DNA of 64,000 nt from Eledone cirrhosa (taxonomy: Eukaryota): contig OZ024740.1 of assembly GCA_964016885.1 (NCBI GenBank), positions 98,394,001 through 98,458,000 on the forward strand. Reading direction: 5' to 3'. How positions within the stretch are numbered: the first letter of the stretch is position 1; each line of letters opens with the position of its first letter. Under the pieces are notes generated by a model. The model was not told where the DNA came from. It saw only the letters and a program-made list of their open reading frames with translations, and did no database searches. A program made the translations under genes and the position numbers. Below are positions 38,891 through 51,634 of the stretch, piece after piece.

Positions 38891-39995
38891 TTAGGGTAAA
38901 TATTGATGCAATTCAATTCAAGTACTCAACGTCCTTTTTCCACATAGGAGTGATGGAGTAAATATCGAATAAGGAAAAGCGAAGTACTTTCAGATGTTCA
39001 AGTCCTTTAATAATAATGCTGTGATATATATTTCAATGACGATACTGGCCACACTGTTCTGTGTGCGAGTGTCATGACATCATCAGACAGCTTGTTACAT
39101 AATAAGGTTAGGTTTCCGAGGCAATCCAAATTGAATCGACATGGGAACGGACGAAGTGTGTGCTTTTGGGTTCTTCATCCGTTCCCCAGTGAGTACCAAT
39201 TCACCCCCACCGGTCTGCGCAGGCGCATGTCCGAAGGAAGTTGACCATTAGCTACCGCAGATTTCAACGAAATTCGCTTAGCCACTTCACCCTCTCAGCC
39301 AAACAATGACCCACTTAGGCCTGTACCATAGTTTACTGCTACCCATTCCGACTGTGGCAGTCAGCCGAAAGCCAAAGGGGATGGGAGAGTGTTAGTTTTT
39401 ACAGGTCACATACTACCTCTCACCAAGCGTGGACAGTACGACTGACCATCAACTCCTAAGAGAAAATAAACTTTAATTCTATGTATCATGGTTTTACATT
39501 GGAAATTATGAGTGAGAGTTGGAAATAAAATTAAAATCCTAAATCAAATATCAGAAATTATAAATTAGACAATTAAAAAATTAACAATTAGAAATTAAAA
39601 AACACTGGACGGACATAATAGCAACTTTCGGCAGGATAAATACGCGGAAACAAAAACTAAGATAAACCCCTATTTTCCTGCAACAGATCGCATTTGAACA
39701 GAAGCACCCTCTGGCTTTCGGCTGACTGCCACAGTCGGGATGGGTAGCAGTAAACTATGGTACAAGCCCAAGTGGGTCATTGTTTGGCTGAGAGGGTGAA
39801 GTGGCTAAGCGAATTTCGTTGAAATCTGCGGTAGCTAATGGTCAACTTTCTTCGGACATACGCCTGCGCAGACCAGTGGGGGGTGAATTGGTACTTACAG
39901 GGGAACGGATGAAGAACCCAAAAGCACACACTTCGTCCGTTCCCATGTCGATTCAATTTGGATTGCCTCGGAAACATAACCTGACTATGTAACAA

Positions 39996-40069
39996 GCTGT
40001 CTGATGATGTCACGACACTCGCACACAGAACAGTGTGGCCAGTGTCGTCATTGAAATATATATCACAGC
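39996..40069 (+). ncRNA. Type I hammerhead ribozyme motif (mirror copy 39018-39091, minus)
   Basis: GCTGT-CTGATGA-TG..ACGACACT..CACAC(AGAACA)GTGTG..AGTGTCGT-CATT-GAAAT-ATAT-ATC^ACAGC; 5-bp stem I, palindromic stem III, AUC triplet. Confidence 0.75.
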
Positions 40070-40089
40070 ATTATTATTAAAGGACTTGA

Positions 40090-40274
40090 GGGCGGTGGAT
40101 TGGCAGTATCGGTGGAGGGTCGGACGCCATGCTTTCCAGCATAGTTACGTCCCTTTACGATCTGAGTTCAAATCCTGCCGAGGTTGACTTTGCCTTTCAT
40201 CCTTACGGGGTCGATAAAATAAAGTACCAGTAATGTACTGGGTAATTGCTGGCCTTGTGCCAAAAGTAGAAACA
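40090..40274 (+). mobile_element. SINE family A (first of a tandem pair)
   Basis: Full length; 20-bp TSD attattattaaaggacttga at 40070 and 40275. Confidence 0.95.
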
Positions 40275-40294
40275 ATTATTATTAAAGGACTTGA

Positions 40295-40479
40295 GGGCGG
40301 TGGATTGGCAGTATCGGTAGAGGGTCGGACGCCATGCTTTCCAGCATAGTTACGTCCCTTTACGATCTGAGTTCAAATCCCGCCGAGGTTGATTTTGCCT
40401 CTCATCCCTACGGGGTCGATGGAATAAAGTACCAGTAATGCACTGGGTATGTGCTGGCCTTGTGCCTAACGTAGAAACA
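40295..40479 (+). mobile_element. SINE family A (second of a tandem pair)
   Basis: Full length; same TSD at 40275 and 40480. Confidence 0.95.
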
Positions 40480-40545
40480 ATTATTATTAAAGGACTTGAA
40501 CATCTGAAACTACTTCGCTTTTCCTTATTCTATATATATATATAT

Positions 40546-40787
40546 TTCGTTTCTGAATTTGTTTAGCAAGATTCTTTATCTGAAAACGTGTGATGAAACC
40601 GATATTGTTATACTTTGGTCATGTTGCCAATAAGAAACACATGCACCAGTTGCTTTCACTACAGTTTATTATAAATTAAATTCATAAATTCTTAAATTTA
40701 TAAATTGAATTTATAATAAATTGGAGTGAAAGCAACTGGTGCATGTGTTTCTTATTGGCAACATGACCCTCCCAAAGTATAACAATA
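40546..40787. mobile_element. Miniature fold-back related to the 3' terminus of the 31677-35961 PLE
   Basis: Arms ~40602-40690 and ~40695-40787; atgaccctccca(a)agtataacaatat and the tail cggtttcatcacacgttttcagataaag resemble 35895-35950. Confidence 0.8.
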
Positions 40788-40989
40788 TATATATATATAT
40801 ATGTTTACTTACATAACTATATACATACATATATAAAGGTATATTCGTGAAGGTTCAATGAAGAGCCACTCTTCTCCCAGAATGATATGCTAAATTATTA
40901 GAATATCTAAACTAATCTGTACGGCAAAACTGCGTATATAACTAGCCATCCATCTCTCTCTCTCTCTGTATGTATATATATATATATAT

Positions 40990-41529
40990 ATGACAAGTGA
41001 ATATGTTTTGAAACAGTGAGCAGGTTTGAAATTAGAAAATAGAATAGCTTTCACCGTATTTTTGACTAAAGAAATTTTAGTCTGATAATGGGGCTTAGAA
41101 CCCTCAGATAAATGGAAAAAGATGAGTATTGACGTACATGGGAGTCAAACCCACATCTTTTGTTATCCAGACCACTGTGCTACCATTACACCAACACATC
41201 ACCCATCTCCTTCCATTCAAATTAGAAGCTACATTCTTAGCGTGTATAAATGACAAGTAAGTATGTTTTGAAATAGTGAGCAGGTTTGAAAACATACTTA
41301 CTTGTCATTTATACTCGCTGAGAATGTAGCTTCTAATTTGAATGGAAGGAGATGGGTGATGTGTTGAATGGAAGGAGATGGTGTAATGGTAGCACAGTGG
41401 TCTGGATAACCAAAGATGTGGGTTCGACTCCCATGTACGTCAATACTCATCTTACTCCATTTATCTGAGGGTTCTAAACCCCATTATCAGACTAAAATGC
41501 CTTTAGTCAAAAATACGGTGAAAGCTATT
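40990..41529. mobile_element. Fold-back element of a 260-bp monomer with an internal tRNA-like cassette
   Basis: 42-bp direct repeat at 40990 and 41250; inverted arms 41043-41269 and 41289-41529; TA tracts on both flanks. Confidence 0.88.
41130..41200 (-). pseudogene. tRNA-like cloverleaf (GGA at the anticodon position, short variable arm); mirror copy at 41358-41442, interrupted by a short duplication
   Basis: GATGTGT-TG-GTGT AATGGTA GCAC-A-GTGGT CTGGATA AC(C/A)AA-AGAT-GTGGG TT(C/T)GACT CCCAT-GTACGTC-A; A and B boxes present. Confidence 0.65.
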
Positions 41530-41649
41530 ATATATATATATATCATCATCATCATCATATACATACATATATATATATATAACGTTGAAAGAGAGAGAAG
41601 GCCAAACAATGCCAAATGGACTGTAAGATGAAGTAACAAAAAGTAATAT

Positions 41650-41767
41650 TTACCTGGTAATCTTTGTTTTGTTTTGTTGTTCTTCTCAATATTTCGGAAC
41701 TAAAAGTATCTTCATCAAGGTTTTTGTGGATAACGTTTCAACGTCTTCTCTTTGGGATAACATTTTG

Positions 41768-41844
<77 letters not shown>

Positions 41845-42900
41845 AGAGAAAGAGAGTCAGTTCCACAACAATAAAAAAGCAATACTTTTGGAGACATGCT
41901 TCATTTAAAGCAGGAATGTTCAACTTGTGAATGGTTATAGTGAGAGCAGTTGTATTTATAAGCTGGATGGATTCTGCGAAGATATAAGTAATTTTTTCTG
42001 CGGTAAGGGATGTAACTTGAATAGGACTATTGTTTGGGAGACAACTTTTGAAGAATGATCCCTTGTGATGTTTCCGCCTAATTTAATCTTCTGGTTATCC
42101 TGGGTCCCTCCAGTTACACAATATTTCAAAGCATGGGGGCAGCGATTTAAAAATATCTGCTCTCGCATTAAGGCAAGCACAGTTAGATAATCTCTGTAAG
42201 ATATTTGTTCTTTCTTTGATACACAACTTTCAGGACTTATTTCAATTTATGTATATTTTCGAATCCTGGGGATTTTTCATTGGATGGCGGAGTTCACACC
42301 CACATGTTTAAGAGACCAGACGTGGCAGCTTGTGCGATCGCGTGTCTGAGTGTCTAAAGGTCATCTGATGGTTAAGGAAGTATTCTTCAAACTGCCCCGC
42401 TGACATACCTACATATGCCCAGATATCATGCTGTTATTCTGGCAGGGGGATGTCACATTGGCCACAAGGACGACTGAAGGTGTGTAACATTATTACTGAG
42501 TCCAGCTTTCTTCAAGAGCATCCGGGTGAAGGAGCACTCTTGGAGTGGTAATGATTAGGGCTTTCATATTTTTAGCACAGGAATATCCAAGTTGCACCCT
42601 GTGTCTGTTGATTACTTTGTATTTATGCCCTATAGAGTAGTACTTTTCTATATGTTCTAAGAATGTCTTACCTATATTAATTCTAATTCCAAGTGAGAAG
42701 GGTGGGCAGAATCAAATTATTGAATGATCCCATTGAGATCGCAAATATTTCTGAAGCAGTTTATTTCTTGCCCAGACTACATTCTTTTTGAAAAGGATGG
42801 TATTCCTGCAGTCGGTTATGATCTGCATGTCCAAGTTATAGACGTAGATGTATGTAATTTTGAACTCCAAAGCTTTATCCATAAGGGTCACCGAGATTGT
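41650..42900 (-). mobile_element. Decayed, internally deleted Penelope-like element
   Basis: Minus strand: IITDCRNTILF..VWAR, AISMGS, FCPPFS..INIGKTFL..I.K...GYSCAKNM, WAYVGMS..F....NH..TFRH. Confidence 0.75.
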
Positions 42901-42902
42901 TA

Positions 42903-45900
42903 TCTCTCTCTATCTTATATATAAAGTGAAGTTGGGCGTTGTTTGTTTGTTTGTTTGGTGTCCCGAACTTGCAGGCTACACCGTTCATCCGATTTTCATG
43001 AAACTTGACACATATAAAACTCGACCCGGAGATTGGAATAGCCTACTTGAAATTTTCGAAAAATCGATAATTGGGCCCCCGACAGCTAAAGATCGATATT
43101 TTCAAAAATCGTCCGATTTCGATGAAATTTGACGCAAGTATGTATTTTGATCCGGTGATGAACGTGGGTTACATTATTGGATCACCAGGGGTAAAAATCG
43201 ATATTTACGAAATTTGTCCGATTCCAATGCAATTTGACGTAGGTATGTATTTTGATGCGGGGATCAACGTGGGGGTACTTGAAAGTTTCAAACAAACGAT
43301 AATCAGACCCCCAGAGGCAAACATCCGGCAACCGAAAAACGCCGTTCTTCTTTCTTCCATTTGGTGCGACTCCTGCCATGCAAACAACGTTCAATCTATC
43401 AGGATTATCCACCGTCAGTCTCTTTAAATTAACGCTCACCATATTCAGAAAACCTTTTATGCCGATTCTTCCATTTCTTATATAAGGACTAACAAGACTA
43501 TACCGCCGCGCATCATCCTGTATTGCGCCCAGTCTTCTCAAGCGATCATCGAGCCTCCATGCACTCTCTTCATTCCCATGGTCCCACTACCGTAGCATAA
43601 TGAGGCATCCGTCAACCCCTGTCGTCTCCCTTCTCTGCACGCCGTCGACCAACTGCATCGTTGCGCATCACGATGCGCATCTCCTCCTTGTCAGCCGCAA
43701 TTCATTACCCGGCCCTTTCCATTGCCTGCCCTCCGTGGTCCCTAAGGACTGCCAGGGCTCAACATACCGAATCCCTGCCACCGTCCACCCCTGCCCATTT
43801 CCATTGCCTACACTCCGGGAGAGCTCAAGACTTCCATGCCTGACCAAGCCGCATCCCTGCCACCGTCAACCCCTGCCCTCTCCCTTCCCTGTACGCCGTC
43901 GTCCCACTGCATCATCATTATTCACCATGCCACATTACTGCCCTGTCGGCCACCATCCCCTCCTCAGCCCTTTATTTTGCCTGCCCGCCGTGCTCCTTCA
44001 AGACTGCCATGCCTAACCAAGCCACATCACTGCCACCATCAAGTCCTGCCCTCTCCTTTGCCCGCACGCCTTGGTCCCTCACGACTGCCATAGATCACCA
44101 TGCGGAATTCCTGCCCTGTCAGAACTTTCTCAAATGTCATCACCATGGTTTATTCCTGCGCCGCACATAACCGCACATTATCTCAGACCAAATACAGTAC
44201 CGAACATGAAGACGATCCTGTGTAAGTCTTTTTACATTCATTTTGACCATATTTCACAAAATTAAACAAACATGCATCCCCTTCTTCCCCAAAGCCTACC
44301 GATCATGTATGGCCGATAAACATGCTGCCTTGAACCCGGTTTTCTCAAACAATCATCGTGCCCCCCGGTGCTCTCTACATTCCTGAGGTGCAACTCAATT
44401 GGCCTGCCGCATCTACGCACTGTCAGCCGCCATACACCCTGCCCTTTCGTCATGCCTCATCATGTTGCATCCCTGCCATGTCAGCCGCCATCCGCTCCCG
44501 ACCCTTTCCACTGCCTAGGCATCGCAGTCTTGAGGGACCAAGTCGCATCCCTGCCACCGTCAACCCGTTCCATGCCCTCTCCGTTCCATGCACGCTGTCG
44601 TCCCACTGCATCGTCATGCATCACCATGCCGCATTAATGCTCTGTCAGCCGCCATCCCCTACTCGGCCCTTTCTCTTTCCTGCCCGCTGTGCTCCTTCAA
44701 GACTGCCATGCCTCACCATGCAGCATCCTTGCTACCGTCCACTCCTGCCCTCTTCCTTGTCTGTTGGCCGTCGTTCCACTGCATCATCATGCCTCAGGAT
44801 GCCGCATCCATACACTGTCAGCCACCATCCCCTCCTCAGCCCTTTCCTAATCCTGACCGCCGTCCTCCTTCAAGACTCTCATGGCTATCTATGCCGCATC
44901 AATTCCTTGCCACCCGCTTAAACGTCATCAGCATGGCTTATTGTTGCCCCATTTGACCACCGATTTTCGCAGGCTAACCACAATACCAACGTGCACGATA
45001 GTCCATGGTAAATCTTTTTAATTACATGTTCATCATGCCTTTCTGTCAATTATGGCAGAGAAGCATCTTGTGTAGCATAGCGTCTTCTCAAGCGATCAGC
45101 GTGCCTTCCACTGTCCTCACAATTGACTCACAACGCCGCATCTATTCCCTGCGACGCCCCTAAACATCATCAGCATGGCTTATTTTTCTGCTACGTTTAA
45201 CCGGCCCTCATTCTAGGCCATAAACAACAAAACCGCACGATGATGCTGCGTAAGTCTATTTAAATTAATGGTCAACATGTTCAGCAAAACAATTGTACCA
45301 ATTCTTCCTCTTCACCTCCAAGGCCTACCCATTACATCTTAGAGGTCGGGATTCGCAATTTCTACGATCTCAATATAGACACAACACTCTGTCAGGTTTT
45401 TCGTCACATGTTGCTCCGATAAGAGTATCCACGTGATTTTCACTTAATTCGTAAGTGTTCAGTCTTCCGTATGCTTTTATTTTTTTATTGATACAACACC
45501 GACTACAATCATCCAACTTCACTTTGTAGACTAGACGCGAATCAAAGGAAAACAATCCTCTGATATACAACCCTACCAAATTGTTTGGTCTACCTAGATT
45601 TCAATGGCTATATCCTTTGCTTTTGTACGGTTGTACATTTGACCATGTCACAAAACATTATTCCACTTGATTCTTACCTTTCAGCTATGAATTCGGCAGT
45701 ACCTTAAAATCCCGGTTTATTTGCGTGGAATTTTTTGGTATCCTATGAATGGAGAATCGAAAACCCTTTTTCTCATTACCTGATACATGCGTTACACATG
45801 CTCCATGGATGATTGTGGACTATTTTTTCAAATTACTAATATCACAGATTGGCGCACAAAAAGAAACGTTTGTTCTTCATTTATTTCGGTTAAAGCATCC

Positions 45901-46682
45901 TGCTGGAATTTATCGCAGACTCGTTTAAATCCAGCGCCTTATAACCTCGAGTGTAACCGGGTACACCAGCTAGAAAGACAAATGGAAACATTGTTTCCTC
46001 GGTCCGATTTGACGAAAGTCGATTTAGTTCCACAGCAAATTAACAAACCATACTTGAAGAGACGTTGAGGCTGTTGCAAAGGGCAACAACCCTAGACACA
46101 ATTTTGATCAACTTTTTTTCACCTATAGCAAATTTACCGGGATAGGTTTTTAGCTACTCAAATCTACTTCAGAGGTCACGCATTCATGTAAAAAATCAAT
46201 AAAGCTGAAGCGGGGGTTCGACTTTGCACAAAAAACAACGCAAAGTTGCACATGGGAAAACTTTTTACAGGAAGGTCCGATTTTCTTGAAAACTGTCGCA
46301 AAATACTCGCCATTATGCCGCGGTTCAGATGAAGTCCCCTTTATTTCTTCTTCTGCACATGTGAGCGGGAAAATTGTAAAAAATAAAAAAAACTGTGAAA
46401 AAATCGACTTTTTCACCCTGCTTTAAAAATCAACTGAAAATTCAATTTCAAGTGAATTTGACTTCCGTCAGTCGTGCAAAGAACAATTTCAACGATACAC
46501 TGTGAACCTACAATTGATCCATTATGTATGCTCAATTACACACCTGCGTCTACTAACCTCTGTTCTTTTCCTCGAGGTTCGAATGTTTTTGCACCTGTGA
46601 TGCACGGGAAGTAACTTTCACACATTTTAACAACAGAGCAAAGGTCGACTTACACCCGGGCAACGCCGGGTACTTCTGGTAG
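42903..46682 (+). mobile_element. Non-autonomous Helitron (~3.8 kb)
   Basis: 5' a|tc..tctatcttatatataaag followed by (gttt)n and ccgatttt.atgaaa.ttg repeats; 3' hairpin CCCGG-gcaacg-CCGGG at 46655-46670 then tacttctgGTAG|t (CTAG variant); no RepHel ORF seen. Confidence 0.75.
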
Positions 46683-46834
46683 TACATATATATATATATA
46701 TATATTACAATTTTAAATGTGAGGAAATAAGAGACAAAAATATACCTAAACTTTTCTTCAAAGTCTCGACTAGAGTTTCGCAAAATTGCTTTCCACCGAA
46801 ATTATAGACTATATATATATATATATATATATAT

Positions 46835-46885
<51 letters not shown>

Positions 46886-47439
46886 CCTTTCCCATGCTTT
46901 GACCTTTTAATGTTTTATTTCTGTTAACTTTAATGGGGTCTTGCTCTAACCCTTCAAAGATTCTCCATCCATTCTTTTCTGTTCATCTCTCTCAGATGTT
47001 CTATCCCATATCACCACCGCTGCTATCACATTCTATTTTCACCCCACAGAGGAGCCAACATAGTATTCTCTCATGGGAGACCCATAAGTTAACTTCTATC
47101 TATATTGTTTCGTTTTTATATATTTCTCAGTCAATTTCATAGAATACCGTTCCTTCGCTTTGATATTTTAATGTCTTGCCAACATTAACTTTAGTGGCTT
47201 GCTCTAACATCACCACATCATATGCACCCCCACCCTTACTACCTTTCAGTCCGTTGTTTGTCAGATATAACCTTTCACCCCCCTTTCCCTCTTTACCACC
47301 ATCTTTTAATTCATTGCTTTTAAAACTTGCTGTCTTACAACACCAATGTCAATTCACTGCTCTGCAAACCATAACTACTCTTAGAACGGTCAATGAGTGA
47401 TTGGTAAGAATGCATTAGTTGTTCCCATGTCGCTACAAA

Positions 47440-48480
47440 TATAACAAGATTAAGGTTGCATAGGGCAGATGCTGATCTTTGTAAGCCATTGATAATGTAA
47501 ACTGTCTAGGAAGGGAAAGACTCCTATTATATACAACTCCCCAGGACGGATGTGAATCCTGTAGCTCTGATGAGGCCAACATGTCTAGGAGGGTAGTGAC
47601 TCTGATTAAAAACAACTGGCTGGGGCAGAAAAGGTCTCTGTGAGCTGTAGTGAAAGCAATATATCTAGGAAGGCAGTGATTTGGTTTTAAAATTATTGCA
47701 TAGGGCAGACGCGGATTCTGTAGGCTGTAAGTAAACTTGACCCATCTATGATAGTAAACACTCCAAATAAATAACTGATACAGGGTAGAGAGAACTCTTA
47801 AATCTGGTGAGTTAACCTTTCTAGTACTGGTGGCACAAATAATGCACTCAGGCCACACAGTAAAGTGATTGGTGAATGGAAGGTAATCCAGGCAGAAAAA
47901 TCCCTGCTGAAATTATGGAATGCACAACACATACGATTCCTAATATTTGAGTGTACAGGTCTAACACTAGTCATATTAGTGCTGTGCACATTTGTGGAAT
48001 GACTAGAATAGCCGTTTGTGAGAACCCCTCTACTGTCATCAAAAAATTGCCAAGCAATTTTCCCCTCCAGGTACAAAGAACTTCTACTGAAGGAAATAAT
48101 CACTGCCAAGTTACAAATCTCAAGACTGCCACCCTCAATGTTAGCAAACTGAAGTAATATCAGATAAAATTGTCAAGCTGTTAGAGAGAAGTGAAGTGGA
48201 TGTATGCTGTGTACAAGAGGTGAGAATAAGGGGTGCCCCAACGAGATGATTCATGGGCAAACGGCATAGATACAAACTTGTGTGGGTTGGAAGTGATGAT
48301 GATGATGTAGGTGGTTTAGGTGTTCTACTTGCCGAGAAATGGACAGATATGGTGATAGAGGTGGTTAGAGTAAGTGATCGAATTTCCAAGGTTAGAATAG
48401 CTGTAGGAAATAGAATGATGACAATTACTTCTACCTATGAACAAAAGGCAAGCAAAAAGAGCTAAAGTAACATTCTATGA
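47440..48480 (+). mobile_element. RTE LINE 5' UTR + APE start (decayed)
   Basis: LKTATLNVSKL, VDVCCVQEVR, YKLVWVG..VGGLGVLLAEKW..V..V.RVSDRI. Confidence 0.85.
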
Positions 48481-49090
48481 TGAATTTCGTATATCTAATG
48501 ATATATGGTATATTTACGAATAAACATTTAGAAAGCCTTCTAGCTATGAATATTGAAAATCTGATGGCTAGTGCCCTCTAGCAGATTCCAGCAGAATTAG
48601 TGGAAAACAACTGCCAATGTGCTTCTGACTCTGGCCGTCATCAGGACATTGCTTCCCCTGTTCCCGACTGGAATTTGAAACAGGTGAAAATATGTAGTTC
48701 TTCACCTATGTAGATGGGCTGATTCGCCTCATTTGCATATGGAGCTCTACAAGCCAGCTCAGGTTGAAATTAGAATTAAAGTGTTCACCCTGAAGTATAA
48801 GTATGTGAATTTCATATATCTAATTATATACGGTAGGTTTACGAATAAATATTTGGATAGCCTGTTAGCTATGAATATTGAAAGGCTGACAGCTATCACT
48901 GTCTAGCAGATTCCAGCAGATACAGATGTTCGCTTGTTTCAACTTCCAGCAGAAAGCAGGTGAGGCACTGTCCTGATGATGACCGGAGCCAGAAATACAT
49001 TGGCAATTGTTTCCCACTACTTCTGTGGGAATCCGCTAGATGGTGCAATCAGCTTTTCAATATACATACCTAGAAGCTTTCTAAATGTTT
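48481..49090. mobile_element. Decayed composite pLTR-like element (reverse copy 48481-48660, partial tandem copy 48806-48920, forward copy ~48956-49090) with degenerate HHR
   Basis: TGTC-CTGATGA-TGAC(CGGA)GCCA-GAAA-TACA-TT^GGCA at 48969-49005; mirror at 48612-48648. Confidence 0.7.
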
Positions 49091-49199
49091 TGGTTGTCTT
49101 ATGTAGCCTTCATTACATCCTTTACACTTAATAACATATATTAAATTTTTAAATGAAGAGGTGAAATTATATCTTTGATAAATATTTGTCCTGATTCAA

Positions 49200-50770
49200 A
49201 TTTATACAATGCTTTCTTCAATAATTTTAATGCATATGTCTCAATTAGAGCTACCACATTTTAAATGTTGCTGTTGGATCTGTGGTGGGTAATTTGACAC
49301 TACTGGGTAGCTTTCCAGTGGATTTTTGTTGTTTTGCTTTTGATTATTTTGTGTATTACGAGTCTTTTTTTTTTTCATTCTAGGGTCTTGTCTCAGCGGA
49401 ATATTCTAGGGAGTTACATTCTACATTCATGTATTTCTTGGGTTGTGTGAAGGGCAGGGGTTGTGTGTATCTGAAGTGTTTGTTGTATTTCGTCGTTCTT
49501 CAATATATGTTACTTTGACACATTATATTAAGATTATATATTAACATTGATGTGTACCGTCTCTCAAGTAGCATTTCTTTAAATTCCAGAAGTCTTGTAT
49601 TCTGAGTTTCATAATCTTAAACAATTGTGCAGACACTTATTGTTAGATTATATGGAATATTCTTCTTTGTATGCTTAAGATAGCATCAGATGAATATCAA
49701 GTATTGTTTAGAGTCCATTGGTTTAAAATGGATATCAGTTTCAATATATGTGTCTCTTTTGATGATTAGAATATACCAGAATGGTAGTTGATCCTTGCAA
49801 GATTCCATTGGGGAGTAAATATTATTGTTAGCATTAATAAGGTTTTTTTAAAAATCATTGAGTTGTTTAAATGTGTGCATCCATAGAACTTGGCAGTCAT
49901 CTAAGTATCATTTCCAATTTTCTAGCAAATATGAGGGTCAGCTGAAACGTTCATTGGCTGACCAAGATACTCTCATGGAACTACCTAATGAGGTGTATTT
50001 TTCAGTGTAGTCCCTGAAAAGAAACAATGCAGTTATTAGAAAAATTAAATTAATACAAGAGTTCATAGCAACTTCTTATTTATGGAAGTTTATGTCATAC
50101 TCTAGATTGTTATTATATTTGGACCACCATGTATGTAATGACTAAATTAGCATATGTTGGAGCTACTTTTGTATCCATTTTGCTCCCAAATATTTGTAAA
50201 TGTTGCTATTAAATTAAAAAAATTAGTTTATAGGATGAATTTTATTCCTTTGGTGATGAAACATTTCTATTCTGCCATGAATTGTTTGAACCAGAATCTT
50301 ATTGCTTCTAATCCGTAATCATGTGGAATAGTAATATAATACATCAAATGATGCAATGATAATGTCTCTGTTAACAGTTTTAAGGAGGTGGCTTAACATC
50401 TCTTATAAAACTTTGCATGTATTTTAGAATAGATTTCAGTATTATATCTATAATGAAACCGTGTATGTGTGCGTGGGCCTACTACAATTGGTCCTGATTT
50501 GAGATCCTTGAGGTGTTGTATGTTGATACTTGTTGAAGTTGATTCTTTAGAGCCATCGTTAATGTTGTTTTTGTGTAGTTTAGAGAAACCATAGAAATTG
50601 CTAGGTTTGTATTCAAAATGAGTTAGCACATTCTTTGTTAATCCTTTTTGATGTCGGTAAATGAATGCATTTCTTTTTTTGTCCTCGTTTTTTATTGCTT
50701 ACCTTTTCATAATAGGTATTGTATTATAGTAGATATAATATAGCTTGTTTTAGTATTCAACATCCATAAT
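49200..50770 (-). mobile_element. Heavily decayed Penelope-like RT
   Basis: NFYGFSKLHK, GPIVVGP, YLDDCQVLW, KPMDSKQYL..KHTKKNIPYNL. Confidence 0.75.
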
Positions 50771-50935
50771 GTTAAAAGAAGTGTGAGACAGTTACAGGCA
50801 AGCTCCACATCTCTCATTGTCTTTTTTGAAAATTGACAAAAATCATGAAATCGGTAAAGTAAATTATTGTAAATTTATTATTCCTCAAAGCTCAAAGTGT
50901 ATCTTTAACTTCTTTTCTTCATAATTCAAACCATG

Positions 50936-51029
<94 letters not shown>

Positions 51030-51140
51030 CTGTGTGTCTGTGTATGTGTGCGTTTTCACACAAACACACACACATGTATATATATGTATATATAGTAATA
51101 ATTAGTATGAACGAAGTGTCACATTTTCATTAAATTTATT

Positions 51141-51233
51141 CAGGTGTAACATGCATTTCACAATTGATCAGCCCAAGGTTCCATCTCTATCGATTGGGCT
51201 TGGCTCTAGAATCAAAAGCTCATCAGACTTCTG
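51141..51233 (-). ncRNA. Degenerate type I hammerhead motif in an insert bounded by TA tracts
   Basis: Minus strand: CAGAAGT-CTGATGA-GC..TTGAT..AGCCCAA...TTGGGCT..ATCAA..GT-GAAAT-GCAT-GTT^ACACCTG; two mismatches in stem I. Confidence 0.55.
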
Positions 51234-51593
51234 TTTGCTTAAAGACAGAATGTTTCATGTACAGCTTTAAAAATATATATATATAAGTTCTTATTCATTT
51301 GGGATGGTTAGTTGTTGTTTGATTTGATTGGTTGTTTTGGAAAGAAAAACTGAAGAGGCGGGAGAGGGGAAGGAAGGGAATATGTAGAGAGGAGAAAGGG
51401 ATTGAGAAAATGAATGAATGGTGGTGGGGTATATCCAGTGGAAAAGGTGGGGATGGAGTGAAATGTTGACCATTTTGATAGTTGGACAGATTGGCGCTTA
51501 GTACAACCTCAAAGTACATACTGGAAATTACACCTCAAGTGCTCATTCTAGTGAACCAACAGTAACTTGACGTTACAATCCCTATTCTATATA

Positions 51594-51634
<41 letters not shown>

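Larger units (their letters stand above)
38890..40530. mobile_element. Fold-back element: arms 38967-39379 and 39707-40530 (right arm interrupted by two SINEs), ~330-bp spacer
   Basis: ~410-bp inverted arms with scattered substitutions; TA tracts on both flanks; the left arm has a ~77-nt extension. Confidence 0.92.

Noticed and set aside
41460-41529. CTGAGGG...GAAAGCTA as a hammerhead in the tRNA-containing element
   Set aside because: A9 is missing and stems I and II do not pair
47560-47660. CTGATGAGGCC in the RTE 5' UTR as a hammerhead
   Set aside because: No GAAA following a closed stem II and no NUH/stem III arrangement
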